Assembly: GCA_017499595.2 (NCBI GenBank)
Contig: CM039003.1
Coordinates: 806,001 to 870,000 of the forward strand
Reading direction: 5' to 3'
Source of the DNA: Psilocybe cubensis
Taxonomy: Eukaryota
DNA: 64,000 nt
The translations under genes were made by a program, and so were the position numbers. Below the pieces are notes generated by a model that worked only from the letters and a program-made list of their open reading frames with translations, had not been told where the DNA came from and searched no databases. Position 1 is the first letter of the stretch. Each line of letters begins with the position of its first letter. Below are positions 50,800 to 64,000 of the stretch, in pieces.

Positions 50800-53500
50800 G
50801 AAGAAAGGTATGAGAAAGGAGCTTCTCAGGACAGGTGTACATTCCTTTATCTCCCGCCATTTGCCATTCAATTTCCTACCTGTGAGTGAACAAACAAATC
50901 ATAGTCAGTGAAAGCTCTTTGCGAGAAAGAATATTCTTACCAGATACATTTCCTAGCCTTTCATACAGAAATCGACGTTGCTGTCAGGAGTAGTCTGAAA
51001 ACGATTGAAGTTGAAGAAGATAACACCTACCGACAGACTCTTGACCTGTAGTTTTTCGAGCTTGTCAGGTCCAAGACGCTTGAGGAGTAGGACAATAACG
51101 AACACGGCCAAACCCTGTATTTGACACTGGACAATCCTTGTTGCACAACATCGGGAACGGTCCTATGGCAATGGCTTATTCGATAGACCGATTCCTTGTT
51201 TGGAAGAACAGCAAGAATTACATGGAGAAAACATACAAGAAGAACCCAATGGACGACCCAATGCGACACCAGTATTGTAACTGGCAGCCTAGCCCTCGTC
51301 GTTTATCATCTGGAATGATGCCGGGGTGGTTGCCCAATCGATGGCGCCCCACAATTTCTCGTTGGAGAGCACAGCAAAGGCAAAGCAAAAAAACCAACTG
51401 GAGACCAGGCGAACAAAAAAGGAACTGGCCTAGGATGGATGGCGTGGAGAGCACTTGGAAAGCAGATAAACTGGACCAACCGAAAGCGAAGATCTTCATC
51501 CTTTGTCCATTTTCCCAATGTACAGATGAATCTACACATCGGTTACGCACTCCCTTATCCAAGGAGGCGTCATCGCAGTCATCCATCGCAAGAGTACCGG
51601 GATCTGACATTCTGGATACAGATTATTAAGGTGCACATAGTATTCGGGACTGTGACTACGTTGACGCTACGTTGGAAATGAGGAGCAACGCGGGCGCTGG
51701 AATATAGGTCAGTGGTAGGACAGTTGGGTCCTCGATGCTGGCTATACTAGGCTGAGGGCTCAAGATGCTGCCAGAGGATATCAAGAATGGTCACTGCTGG
51801 TATCAGCTACAACTGTTATCAAATACCTTGGGATGCTGGGCTGTCATACAATCAGCAGCAAACTTCATGGGCTCGAGACACTGACTGGATATGGGCTGAT
51901 GGGTTGGAGATGGACAGGGACGCACGAATTGGAGACTGTCGGTATTGGTCCTGCTAGTAGATTCTGGTTGTTGACTGTCCTGGATTAGACCCCAAGCGCT
52001 GCTGAAGGATCTAAACAATGATCACTGTCAGTGCCAACTACAGTCGTTACTCAATACCTAGGCAATGGCGGGATGAGCTGTCTGGAATCAGCAGTAAAGC
52101 CTGTTCAATGCAATAGAAGGGGCAGGCCGGCATGGACAACGTGGGTGGCATGCCTGTCATAATGCCAGACACCTTTGACTAACTTGCCCCCGAGGTTGTC
52201 AGAGTATACTTGCACTGGGATTTGGGCACTGTCATTCGATCATTGTTAAATTTGTCCCTCATTATAACAGACACAGAAAGCATACCGCCTAGACAGCAGC
52301 AAGGGCACAGCGTCCGATGGCTGGGGGAAACCCAAAGCTAGAATATCGGTGAGAAATGCCTTCACTCCTAGGAACCCTTTGCCTGTGAGAGTAAGGGGAT
52401 CTGTTGACCTTGACTATACCTCGTCTTGTCCTCTTTATGCTCCAGAAAATTTTGGCCTGTCATCTGTGTTCAGGAAACGCATACCCCGTGTGATAGAATT
52501 TCAGGAAGGACCCCGTTTTCCCCATCTGCAATCCACCTACCTTTCGTGGCCTATAATGACCGCAATGCAGTTCAGCCACACCTGTTGGAGACAAGGCTGC
52601 ATCCCCATCAATATGACCAAGGTTTTGTTCCTTTCCCTGGCTTTGGAGTGTTCCAAGAAAAGAATTCTATGTCACCAATTAGGGTGCCTCTCATACGCTT
52701 TATGGTGTATTGTGTGCCATGAATTTTTAGCTCGCTGTGTTACTGGACCATATGACAGAAGAGGGAAAGGAACGAGGTGTGGACAAGAGATCATTGTTCA
52801 TTGAGGGGCACGGCAAGGTTTCACAATCAATCCCTAGAACGGCATATTGAAATCATATGGTGACACAATTCATTCTTACCTGAAGCCTGTGGATAATTCT
52901 TTCAGACCAAAAATTGGTAAAAAATGCTTCCTCTCTCGGAGACAATCCAGCAACGACTAGCACGTACGTCAAGACTAGAAGACCAACAAACGCTCCACTT
53001 GCGCCAACTGCCCGCCTGGCTGTAATTCGTCAATGACTGTGGCCTTCTCTTGCTTATCTTGAAATTCACGCTTATTTCAACTTGCAGGTGTGGTTCCAAA
53101 CTTTCGGCAAACACATGTGAGCTGTAGCTTCTTCTTCCTTCTGTAATTTCAAGAAAGCAGATTGGTTTTTCAGCCTCACTCGGCAAACGACAAAACGGGC
53201 AAAAAAAAAATTTACCCTGAGGCTGATTGCATATTGTGCAGTCTAGTAACTGTCAACACTTGAGAAGCTCTGTCATTGCTGTTCCTTGAGATCATCGGCA
53301 TTTCCCCAAAAACCATACAATTGCTTAGGCAAATGGTGATATGGCGATCTATGTGTGCTGGCCACAATTGTAAAAGACTGGCCATCAACACGACCTTTAT
53401 CCATAGACATGTTCTGTCTATGGGTGGTTAAATTAAAGGACCTTTTGCAGTCCCTTCTGTGTCAGGGTTTGGGTACTGCTTATCTTGTGGCTGAACGGTT
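50800..53500 (-). pseudogene. Decayed spliced gene or transposon relic; family not recognised
   Basis: Several minus-strand splice donors and acceptors (~50880, 50941, 51030, 52880, 53215). Exon-like frames are interrupted by TAA/TGA codons that fit CAA/CGA decay. Boundaries approximate. Confidence 0.35.
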
Positions 53501-53834
53501 GGTGAATGTACTTTCAAAAAGATAATATTTAATTGTTTAGTTTGACTCATCCTCCTTATAGAATCAGACATAGAAAAACATCCCACAATAAGGTTAATTT
53601 CTGCCCACCTGGCTTATCCTTCATGGCTAAAACCAACCTTGGGTCGCTACTTGTTTTCACCCGCTGGCATTGCCTTTAACTTATTCTTTTCTGGCTAGGG
53701 CACGGACAAGGGGCACTAAGGCGCTTATGTTCAAATGTGAACAATTGAAATCGGATTTCTTTCTCTCAAGACTTAAGCGGATAACGAGCCACACGTTTCC
53801 CCAGACTATCTACAAGGACTACATTTACTCTACT

Positions 53835-56800
53835 CTACATTGATTCAACCTACGAAGCATGTAAGTCTTGTCATCCTTGTTGTGTAAAATTTAATTTGAC
53901 AACAGGGCAACTCACATAGTTGCTCGGAAAAATACCCTTCTTTCCATGTGCATCAAAACCTAGATTGCCAGTCAGCAAGGTTCCTGCGCTCCGTAATTCA
54001 TACATATCTTCTCACTACCCATTACCATAGTTCTCGCCACCCATCGTCAGCATCAGTACATCCCCTGGCTCAATACTGAGTTCGTCACTTCCTTGGGATA
54101 TATAAGAGTATAACGCCCAAACTGGGACATGAACGGTCAGCTGTCTGCTAGTTTACCTTCTGACTTGGTTTATTATGACATACCCCGCCTTACAACACCC
54201 TCTTCAGGAGTTCCTTTTTGCCTCTGATCGTCATGGATTGTTTCTATGTATGAGGCCGGTACCAACCCACTATCCCCTGTGCCATCAGATACTTTCACCC
54301 ACCCAGACCCGTTGTCTGGTTCAACTACACGGACAATTGTGCCCTCTGATCCACCAATTGTCAACACGTCATAATTCCCGGACTAGTGGCCCATATTGGT
54401 ACTACAGTGACGCACCATGTACTCCAAGTTTGAATTCGGACGTGGGCATGAAATTAAACAAAACCTTCGCATTAATATCTTCTTCAGAAAGCTGGTTGGA
54501 TGAAATCAATTGAACAAAAAACAACGCTGACAGTGTTATCGCCGGTGTGGATTCTATTAATTCATGTTAGCGGGAGCTTATCATAATTTCAATTTGAAGG
54601 TATTTTTACCACCCGGACCAATGTCTACACTTCTCCTGAGAAACAAGGTCGCCTTTTTTTCTGCTCCTTTTTCGCAGTTTGCAGGGATCTGGCCAATTGC
54701 CAAATTTTCGGTTTGTGGCGCTTGATCCAGAGACAGAAATCAACTTGCCTTGAGCTCACATTTAGCATGTACAGAAACTCTGCACGTTCGACAGATTTTC
54801 CCCTGTTTGCTGAGACCCCATATTTATGACTGAGAAGCATTTTAGGTTCATCAGACATCTAAATATTAGCTGGGGTTACCCACCTTACAATAAGTACATG
54901 AAGTTGGAATTGAAAATAAAGAACTTTTGAAGGAATGAGGGTGAGAGGCTCCTTCGTCATCTAAAATAGTTTGAATAAAGATTGACAAAGAAGACATTTC
55001 ATGACATCCAAGTGAGACCTACCACCAAGTATATTGGCGATTGTTTCAATTTCCATCTTCAAGATTCGTTCCGACATTGTGTAAAATACCAGCTGGTGTT
55101 CAGCTTCCAAATGATTCTATCCAGGTCAGTAAAGGCACCAAAAATAAGTATGTTTTTAGTTACATCTGTCAAATTGTCAATAGGTCCCACTGAGATATCT
55201 GCTGTGTAGGACAACAGTTGTAACGACAATTGATTGTATTTGGCACCTAAGGATCAGTTTAGTCAGTGCGCAGTAATCATAATTATGTCTTTTTCCATAC
55301 ACTTAGACTCCGTCAAGGGTGTGAGTTCCTCCAATTTTTCCTGGGTACATCTCAATTTATTCTGGATGAAGACCTTCGGCGCCGGTTCTGTACTCATTGC
55401 ATCCTAGATAAAGTGTTAAAATTATGCTACTGTATTATTGGAAAGAATTACTGTGTCATAGTGCACAGAACAGGGTTCAAAAGTCCAATCTTCAGGCGCA
55501 ATGAACACCCTTCTGTTATGGTCAATAAAAAGATCCTGATCCTTGACAATGTCAACTTGTTCAAATTTGGCAAGTGTATCAGTGATTTGCGATTTGAGTG
55601 TGTCAAGATGCGTCAATTGCAAATTTTGACAATGAACGACAATCTTGACAAAATGTTCTATGAGACAGCGCTGAAGAGACTCTAGCAATAAAAAGTCAGG
55701 GTCCAGAAACATTTCACATAACACAACCTACGAAGCTCCTGATTTTGATTGCGGAAGTTAGCCTGGAGTAGTAATCTTCCAAATTGAACCATAGTATATC
55801 CATATTCTCAAAAGTAGGCACGTCTTCATTGTAAAATTTTCCCTTTGCTTGATTAGCAATGGCAATCGAAATCAAGTAAGAGCTTGAATGTCCAAAATGT
55901 CGACTTTAGCTCACACATTATTAATGGTATCGCGTTTACTTACTTCTTAGAGTTCAACATATTGTTTTGTTGCTGTTCGGCTTGCCTCACTGCACGTTTG
56001 GTGTGTTTATCATCGCTTGCATGCCCCTAATAACAACCAAGAAAGAGGGGTTAGAAGAAGGTAATTCCCGAAGTAATTGCCTGTCTACCTGCTTCTGTTG
56101 GAATGATTCAACTTCAGCGCAATCTTTGTTGTACTAAGATAAAGAGTTAGAAGTCATCCCTGTGGTTATCTATAATCGCGGATTACTTGCCTTCTGTTTA
56201 TTCTATTAAATGAAGTATTCAGGGTTTGACAGACCATTGATCAGAGAAAGACCTACAAACCTTAATGCGGTCGGCATAAACACGATCCCAATCAGAAAGC
56301 AACTTTTGGAAAAATGCCATCTCCTGTACAAGGAGAAAGATTGGACATATTAGATGAAATGCCTGACAATGACGCACTTTTTTCTTTGATTCTTTGTTTC
56401 TCTTCTCAAGAATTCTTAAGATTTCAACTGTCTGGGATGTCATCCCGTCCGCAAAGTTAATATGATCTTGAGCAGTGGTACTTAAGGACATTATGAGTCC
56501 CTCATAAGCGTTTTCTAGGGTGCTTCTATGAATGTTCAGTTTCTTGGATAAATGACAATAGATGAAACCCGTTTTCTAACCATTGTTTGAGCATATTGGT
56601 ATCCCATGATTTGGTGGGATCGCTTCCAAAGACGTAAACCGACAACGCTTTAGCTTTCTTCTCCAATGCTTTACGAGCCAAAACCTGAAGCTTGGATGCA
56701 AACTCGCGTTCCAAGGCGATGCGGGCCGTGTAAAGCTCCCATATCTGTATGTTGCATTGCGATGTCAGTAGTTTATTGAAATGAAGTTGTGTCAGACTAC

Positions 56801-56963
56801 TTGCATTGCTAATGACCTCAAGATGTGCGTCAAAGAAACAGGATATCCTCTCTACTTGATCCTAAGAATAGACCAAGTAAGGATGAAGTTTGTTTAATGT
56901 GGAGTACTTTACCGGAAGAGCCACGCCAAAACTTTGCCCCTGTGAAGCGTTTTGATCGACCAT
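53835..56963 (-). pseudogene. BZZ1: BZZ1-like F-BAR + C1 + tandem SH3 gene with in-frame stop codons
   Basis: F-BAR (LEREFASKLQVLARK), C1 (HSFKSS.FSIPTSCTYCK..IWGLSKQGKICRTCRVSVHAKC), SH3 motifs (GSGWVKV...GLVPASYI and GKKGIFPSNYV). Stops at 54824-54826, 54015-54017 and 54012-54014. A splice donor reads ATATGT at 54007. Confidence 0.85.
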
Positions 56964-58862
56964 TTGATTTCTATTGATGTTAATAGATTCAAATTGTGTA
57001 CAGTGTTCCGAAGCTTAAAGTTCTGGGGTTGTTGAAGTTGAGAATGTCGATGATGGCGTCCAGGATCGTTGTTAGTCCTTTAGAGAATCCGGTGTTGCTA
57101 CATATTTGCATCATGTGATCACATTAGGGGTTAATTAGATTTAGAGTCTAGACTGACGTCACGCGTTCGCCGCACCGTCATTACTAGACTCCAGCTAAAC
57201 GGTCATCTACCAGTCGATGGTCCTCTAAGGTCAATAGATAATGTTTTTAGCTCAGTGATAGTTGTCAAGTATTTTGGTATTGAAAAATAAATGGAAATGA
57301 TATCACAGACATGAATACTGTCATTATGTGCAAGCTCTATGCATCCAAGATGTTATTTGTCGTGGCAATATGATTCGTGAGATACTATGTCATTCATATA
57401 GCAGTGTGTTCTATAACACACAAGTTGACACAAATAGCATAGCATCCATGCTAACTCTATCCAGATCATGGATATAGCCGCTTGCAGTTCTTTGTGCTCG
57501 CTGTCAACTTATTTTGGAAGTTCAATTAAAACCTATGGTCTGAGGCATGACATTGCATCCGCATTTTCCTGAAAATAATTTATGGTGCGCTAAGTGTACA
57601 AATTTTACCAGCTGTGCATGTCATTCCATCTTCAGTATGGGGTCGCCTTCCAGGTGTTCCAGAATGAATAATTCTTTCGATTTAGAAAGCAACGAGAAAT
57701 ATTGCTGAGTATTAAAAGAAGTTTCTCCAAGCGAGTATTCAACGTACAAGGTCACCTTGGAAGTCGGATGCTCAGCCATCTGACAAGTACGTTCAAAAGA
57801 AAAGACATGCCTCAAAAGAACAATGCAAATTACAGGTAGATGAGGTTAGCACGTTCTGATTGTCAAGTTCCGAATTGGGAAGACTCATACCACGAATTTA
57901 AATTTTCCACACGGTCTCATCGTGAGGAAAAACCACGACTAGATCCACCTGTCGCGCACCTTGGTCAATCAATCACGCGTCCATACCTCATGCTTTGTGC
58001 GAGGCCGCCGACCCAGCAGCAAAGGTATGAAGACAGATTGAAATCAGTTTATAAAACAGAACATACCCACGCATCAGCGGGCTTTCTAGGCAGAAAAGAG
58101 GGTACTCCGACATTCGTCTGGACTCTTGAGTCCAGAACTGGATGAATTTAGCATGGAAAACCAACCGGAGCTGCATTTGCCAGTGAGTGGATAATCCGGA
58201 GAACATTCCAAGCTTACATATTCTTGAAAGGAGGATTTTTTTGGGGATCAAAATTTTCCTGTCGGTGCATCGTGTGGAAGGGGAGGCATTCCACAGGGTG
58301 AGTTCTTGTTTCCATTTTCGTGCAATTTTATCCTCCGGCAAATGCCGCGATTAGATTCCATGATTATCTATTCTGGAGCCTCTCACCTCTTCGTTCCCAT
58401 CGCTTCTCGAGTGGTAACACCGCAGGTCGTCAACAAAGTCTACATAACCATGTTCTCGACAATCACCACAAGATCCTATTGGCTATAGATGGACGCCAAG
58501 CGTCTATCATTCTCAAGTTTGGTAAATTTTGAGGTCCGGAGTTCGTGTTTGAGGGTTACAAAACTATTCTTGCCATTTTACTGCCTCCTGCCTACTTTGC
58601 GCGTTGCGTTACGACCTCTTTCGGGACTAATGCCTGTCGACCAATAAGATCTGCAGGCGGCGCTCCCCAGTTTCATTAATCCGAGGTGTGCTGTCTGTGC
58701 CTTGCGGTTATTTGAGTGCACAGCTCCGAGCACGATGCTTTGCGTAATACAAGCTTTCTTGCGGATATAAAAGGGATACAGATTTTGGCTTTGAAGAATC
58801 TGTCTGTCGAGTGTCCTACCTGCTACATTTGCAACCTCTCAGAATCCCGTCGATCCAACATC

Positions 58863-59515
58863 ATGTCGCGCATTGCTCTCGTATTCTTCGCGTTATTCGC
58901 TTCTATCATGATGACCATCGCTGTACCAGTACCTGTTGCAAATGGCGAGCTAGTGAACGTTGAAAGGCGAATCACTCACGTCGGTCGAGTGAGTGCATCC
59001 TCTTTATTATTCAAATTCAAAAATTTATCAGAAATTTTTAGGGGACATGGTTTTATCCTGGTTAGTTTTTTGTCTTGTATTTGAATGAATTTATTCTGAT
59101 AATCAATAACAGGTCTTGGAAATTGTGGATGGCGCAATGGCAATAACGACCTCATCCTTGCCATTGGCAAAGGATTTTATGACCGTAACGGCGGGGGAAA
59201 TTGTGGCCAAGTGAGCGCTAGTGCAACTTTCCGACAACGTGTTCATGAACTGACATCGACCCGAAGTACGTTCAAATCACCAACACAGCTAACGGCAAGA
59301 CAGCCTACGGCTTGACTGTGGACAGTTGTCAATCCTGCGGCGATAATGACATTGGTCTGTTCCAATCTTTGCATCTAACGACGACAGATTAAGACTAAAC
59401 CGTTTTTTGTTTTGTTTTAGACATGTCCCCTGGTCTCTTCTCTCAGATTTCCACGCTCGCGACAGGGCAAATCCAAGTATCATGGCATTTTATGGCAATG
59501 GGCTGGCATCCGTGA
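58863..59515 (+). CDS. Small secreted RlpA-like double-psi beta-barrel (expansin/loosenin-like) protein
   Basis: Signal peptide. Spliced GRGTWFYPGLGNCG...IGKGFYD...NCGQYVQIT...TVDSCQSCGDNDIDMSPGLF...VSWHF. TATAAA near 58766. Confidence 0.9.
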
Positions 59516-62500
59516 TTACTTCCGCTCCGTCGCAGCGCTTCCTCCCTTCACGACCTCTTTCTACGTTTCTTCCTTTCTTCGAATCTCACGTGAAACATCT
59601 ACGACCACGACAAATTCCCATCACCAAACAAACGAACCCCATAGACGACGGCCCACACGAAATGATAAATCGCCCACATAGAAGACGTCATCAAATCCAA
59701 AATTTTGTAACATTATTCTTGTTCTATCATCATTTATGACGGCTCGTGAAACCTCGACGGGGAGCGACCCAACCATTCCATATCATTCTAACGACTACTG
59801 TAGAAGTTTTTCTCTTCGAATTCTAAAGCGCCAAGACGCAACTCATACTATACACCTTTCATGTCTTTGCGGTGGCTCAACCCTGCCCAAATGTTACTTG
59901 TTCAATGTACAAACTAGAAGTGTTTCCTTGTACTACATTCGGGGTTATTCGGATTGTGACTCTAGTGTACTTTATCAAATCAAACTTGTGTGTTCCACAG
60001 TTTTGAATTCTCTTCAGAGTCGCGTCTTCTAGTTCAATACACAGGCTGTACATGCTCTGACCATCACTAAGTTGCAGGGTGGGTGATCCTCGGAAAATCG
60101 ATCCGAGTGGTGCTTACACATTAAAAAAATCGCACAAGTGACAGAGGGTTGCAAGGCATTACCCTCAAAATTCTCATAACAAGTTCCGGCCTCTAGACTC
60201 AACGCCAGTGCGCCGTGATCGGAACGGGTGCGTACCAACGCGCGCGGGTGGCACCCCATAAAAAAACACACAAAAGAAAACGCTACAGCAACCCACCTGC
60301 AGACCGGCGCGTGGCTGCGGCTACAAAGATGTGTCATGGGCTTCGTAATTATTAATCGAGAATGAAAATAAATTTTTCAAGCCGCTCCAGCACCATTCGG
60401 AACGGTGGCTTTTTTGCAAGTCGCCGCCAATTGGGTTCTACTTCATGCTCCAGGCAAAGACGACTCGGCGAGGGTGATTGCCACGCCCACGCCTTTCGAA
60501 AAAAAATGCGTACAAAATGAAGTCACGCCGGAGCGGACGTATAGCGGCTGCTATGCTACCTTGCGTGGCGTGGGACGGCGTCACCGGTACCTAGGTCCAA
60601 ACTTCCGGGGACGCTTGGACTGTAGCACTGTGGGAGTCGAAGTGCGCTGCCTTTGGAAAGTATAACAAAATGAAAAATCATTGAGGTTGTAAGATAGATG
60701 AAATGTACTGTGTGTGAGCGATGTGGCGCGCACAGCAAAGATGAGCAGGTACCATGAAATCTATCCTAACAAGGGACCCTTGGAAACGACGGGATCATAC
60801 AGCTCGGCCTTCTCGAGGAGAGGTCGTCTATTTGTCGAAACTCTAAAAACGGACTTTTAGTAAGAAAAGTTGAAACATAAAGGCTACTTCCTCCTAGAAT
60901 ATTTCGAGCTCTTTTTGATTCTGGTTCCCCGGAACGGGTTTTCGCTGTCGTGAGAAAAGTGAGGTAGCCGACGATGTGGTGCAGTTGACCCAGATTTTAT
61001 GTCTATCAGAAAAATCGAACGCTTGAACACCACGTCCCATCAAGCTTCCTATGAGAACGGAAAAAAAGGGGAAGAGATGGATTATGGCCATAGCAGTCGT
61101 CTTCAGTGGCAAAACCGGGAACCGGTTGGTGCATATGGCATCCAACTATGCGTTCTCAAAAAACGAGGCAAGTTTGGTTGACCAATGGTGATCATAAAGG
61201 CACGAGTAAGACAAAAGATCCGAACCAAATTTATGAAGGCACTTGAGTGCGAATAGTCATTGTGCGAATAACGCTGCATCGAACAGGCGTAATGAAAGCT
61301 ATGTGGCCATCGTATATTCTTGTCGAGCTCGTTCATTAAAAGTCCGTAGAGGTCGGCATCCAGATCGATGTCCTTCGGTTTGAGTATTCGAATGGACTAT
61401 GCAAGTTCGATGGATGAGGCTGGCAGCCTGCTTAGAGAAGGCTGATTGACAATAGACAAAAGTCATAAATGGGCGCCGCCGCCGAGTACGAAAAAGAAAC
61501 AAATATACACTGACTGTTCTACACCTATCAACACATAGATGGTGATAGTGGCCGACCTGTAGGAGATGATATCCAGTGAAAATCTTCATTGGTGCCGACA
61601 GAAGGTTCAATAACCACCCAGGAACGCACAGTTAAACTGAAATCGGATATAACAAAGGTTGATATAAACATAGGACACTCTTCATCGACAGCTCTATCTG
61701 TGGTATGTCGTAACTCCGTTACCAGAGATATACATTTCTGCGACAAGTCCCAAAGGCAACCGTCTGTCAGCGTACAATGCACATAAGTTAAATGGGTCCT
61801 ATGTGCTCTGGTACTGTTTAGCGCTAAATATGACTGTGTGACGGCAGGGATCCAAGTAGATCGTTGCCAGAGCTATGGCGGCAATGCGTAGCTTGATGTA
61901 GAATCAAAATAATGCACTTGAAAGGGCCCATGACAAGGTCCAAGGAAGGACAAACGATTCGACCAAGACGATTGTTCTGTATCTGTGTGTTAGATCGACA
62001 GGAGCGCCGTCGCTGATATGGGGCCAAGTCGGTCGTTTGAAAGCCTGACAAAATACAGCTGTGACACAAATGTAGACAGATCATATAGAGGTACACGATA
62101 TCGAAGATCCATTGCAAGTGGCTGAAGTCTGAAGCAAATTGAATTCCAGTAGAGAAACAAGAGAAGGATGGTCCGTCGAAGCTCGAATTCTGAATAGACA
62201 AGATGCGACGTGGAGAGCCTTGGAAGAGGCGGAGTTAGGCCGATGCTTGGGTGGGTGGGAAAAGTGAAACTCGCGTCACGTGCAAGACACGATGGGCGAG
62301 ATGACAGATAGGGGCCACCCCGAAAGGCGGCTAGGTTCCAGGCAAGTTCCAGGGCCAAAATCCATTTGTACTTCGTGAATTAGACCTAGTATGCCATACT
62401 TAAGAGGGAGATCTCTCCGTTAGTTATGGCTCAAGTAGGTTGACAATTTACGATTCGATTACTTAGCATGTCATATGGCAATTGCAAGCAGTATGAACAA

Positions 62501-62746
62501 GGAAATCAAGACCGAAAAAAATTTATGAGGTGGGTGAGGGTAGATACATTGAGTGAAAGGATATTGTAATCAAACTAATGTAGGATGTAAGCTAGTCGAA
62601 GGTGTCGAAAATATGATACAAGATCCAAAGACAGTATTACCAGTACATGACGAGTGACGATACACAAAGAAAATAAAAAAAGAAATAAAGTCAGTTCTGT
62701 ATAGTAAGTATACCACAAAAAAACGTAGAGATAAAATATCTCTCCC

Positions 62747-64000
62747 TCACTGGAACGTCCTGCCAATACCTCCGCAAACAGGACATGTTATTCTATCCAG
62801 AAGCATGAAACTCGTGTTGCCCTTCCCGTCGCACCTCCAACACAGCCTCCCTCCAATCCTTGGGTCTCCCGCAGAATATACAACAGCTCCAGACCCATTC
62901 GGGGGTCTAGGGATGCCTGCCCCAAGCCTAGTCTGCCATGGGTGAACACCAGTCGGCGGTGTCGTGAATCCACCGTGGTGATTGGTCATATACCCACCGG
63001 GAGCGAAGTGTGCAGGCGGCGCGTTAAACGATATGGCTGGTGGAATCGGAGGCGGTTTGGGCGGCGGTGGGTGAGGCAAAGGACGTTGGAGGTTCTGCGC
63101 AGCTGTATTGGGGGAAGTGGGAGAAGGAGGCGAAAAGGAGTAAACGAGCGGCCCGGTAAATGGTTTTGCGTATTTAGACCAGCATTTCTTGCATGGGCGC
63201 AGTGGGTCGGCGTCTTTATATCCTATGTTATGGCCTGTTACAAATGAGTAAATGGAACAACAAGTGAAGATTAGTATATCTATTTATCAATATACATCGC
63301 GCCGAGGACGGCTTGGCGGTGCAAGAGGAGCTGCGGACGCACATTTTGGGCATTCGAAGCCTTTGGGATACACGAGCAATTTCCCATCCTTTAGCAATGG
63401 GTGTCCGATCGAAGGATGATTTGTGGGTCGACCATCATTTGGCGTAGATGATGCAGCAGAAGATGTGGACGCTGTGCTGATATTACTTGGACGCTGTGGT
63501 AGGTTCTGAGGTGGAGACCCGGGTGGCGGCATGTACGTTCCAGTTGCATTCGCATTAACACTTGATTCATCAACAGCGCCTGCGGCGTAGAAATCACGCG
63601 CAAACTCGGACGACCGTCGAGATATAGTGGAAGAAGGGTGCAAGGGTGGTGGCCCTCCAGGCGGTCGATAGCTCTGAGCTGACTGAGATGGTGCTGGTGG
63701 AGCCAATGAATGTTGTTGCTGCGGCTGTCGGCCAGGGTAAGACGCCCATGATTGCTGCGATACAGGACGAGGAGGAGGAGGAGGTGTATTGAGACTGTTC
63801 ATGGCAGCGTTGACAGAGTTGGTGAGTGAGGTTGTAAGTTGATGTAGAACAGATCCGGCAGAGCGATTCACTGAAGACGCAGATGTCGAGAAAGACGAGG
63901 TGCCCGTTGCCTGAGGTGTCAGATATGGCCTTTGTTGTGCTGGTGGCCTAGGAGCCGGTTGGAAAGGTCTTGAAGGACCTTGTTCTAATGTTGTTTCTCC
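62747..64000 (-). CDS. HUA1: HUA1-like proline-rich zinc-finger protein; 5' end outside the window
   Basis: Pro-rich N-terminal region, GHPLLKDGKLLVYPKGFECPKC|HNIGYK..PCKKCW, AGDPRIGGRLCWRCDGKG...CPVCGGIGR. Confidence 0.75.

Noticed and set aside
50540-57165. Inverted termini enclosing the BZZ1 pseudogene block
   Set aside because: Only short matches (CGTGAC, ACTCTAA) and no TSD; indistinguishable from chance.
57500-58500. Minus-strand ORF fragments between BZZ1 and the expansin-like gene
   Set aside because: No coherent spliced frame or recognisable domain could be assembled.
59600-62700. Numerous 60-125 aa ORFs on both strands
   Set aside because: No domain motifs or consistent splice chain; treated as intergenic or UTR sequence.

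Overview
Intron-rich fungal DNA with short GT/GC-AG introns and CTAAC/CTGAC branch points. The gene families point to a basidiomycete, probably an agaric; this is an inference. Left half (1.5-33.7 kb): a secreted intradiol-dioxygenase-like gene, two paralogous type-B carboxylesterases, three 4-coumarate:CoA-ligase-like genes ending in PTS1-type tripeptides (AKL, GKL, SKL), and a PEX8-like peroxin ending in SRL. An apparently complete 8278-bp KDZ (Kyakuja-Dileera-Zisupton)-type DNA transposon sits in this block at 22403-30680. It has a perfect 8-bp target-site duplication (TTGTAACC) and symmetric quasi-palindromic subterminal repeats. It encodes an intact CxC5/CxC6 transposase and a convergent partner gene with an RTC4-like C-terminal domain. 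It also carries a truncated, intron-retaining FAD-monooxygenase gene, whose 5' region contains a precisely spliced copy of its own exon junction. Right half: an F-box-like gene, guanine deaminase, two tandem Zn2Cys6 transcription factors, CAF1/POP2, a BZZ1 pseudogene with apparent C-to-T/G-to-A decay next to another decayed relic, an RlpA/expansin-like secreted protein and a partial HUA1-like gene. All family calls come from motif recognition by eye; no searches were run.
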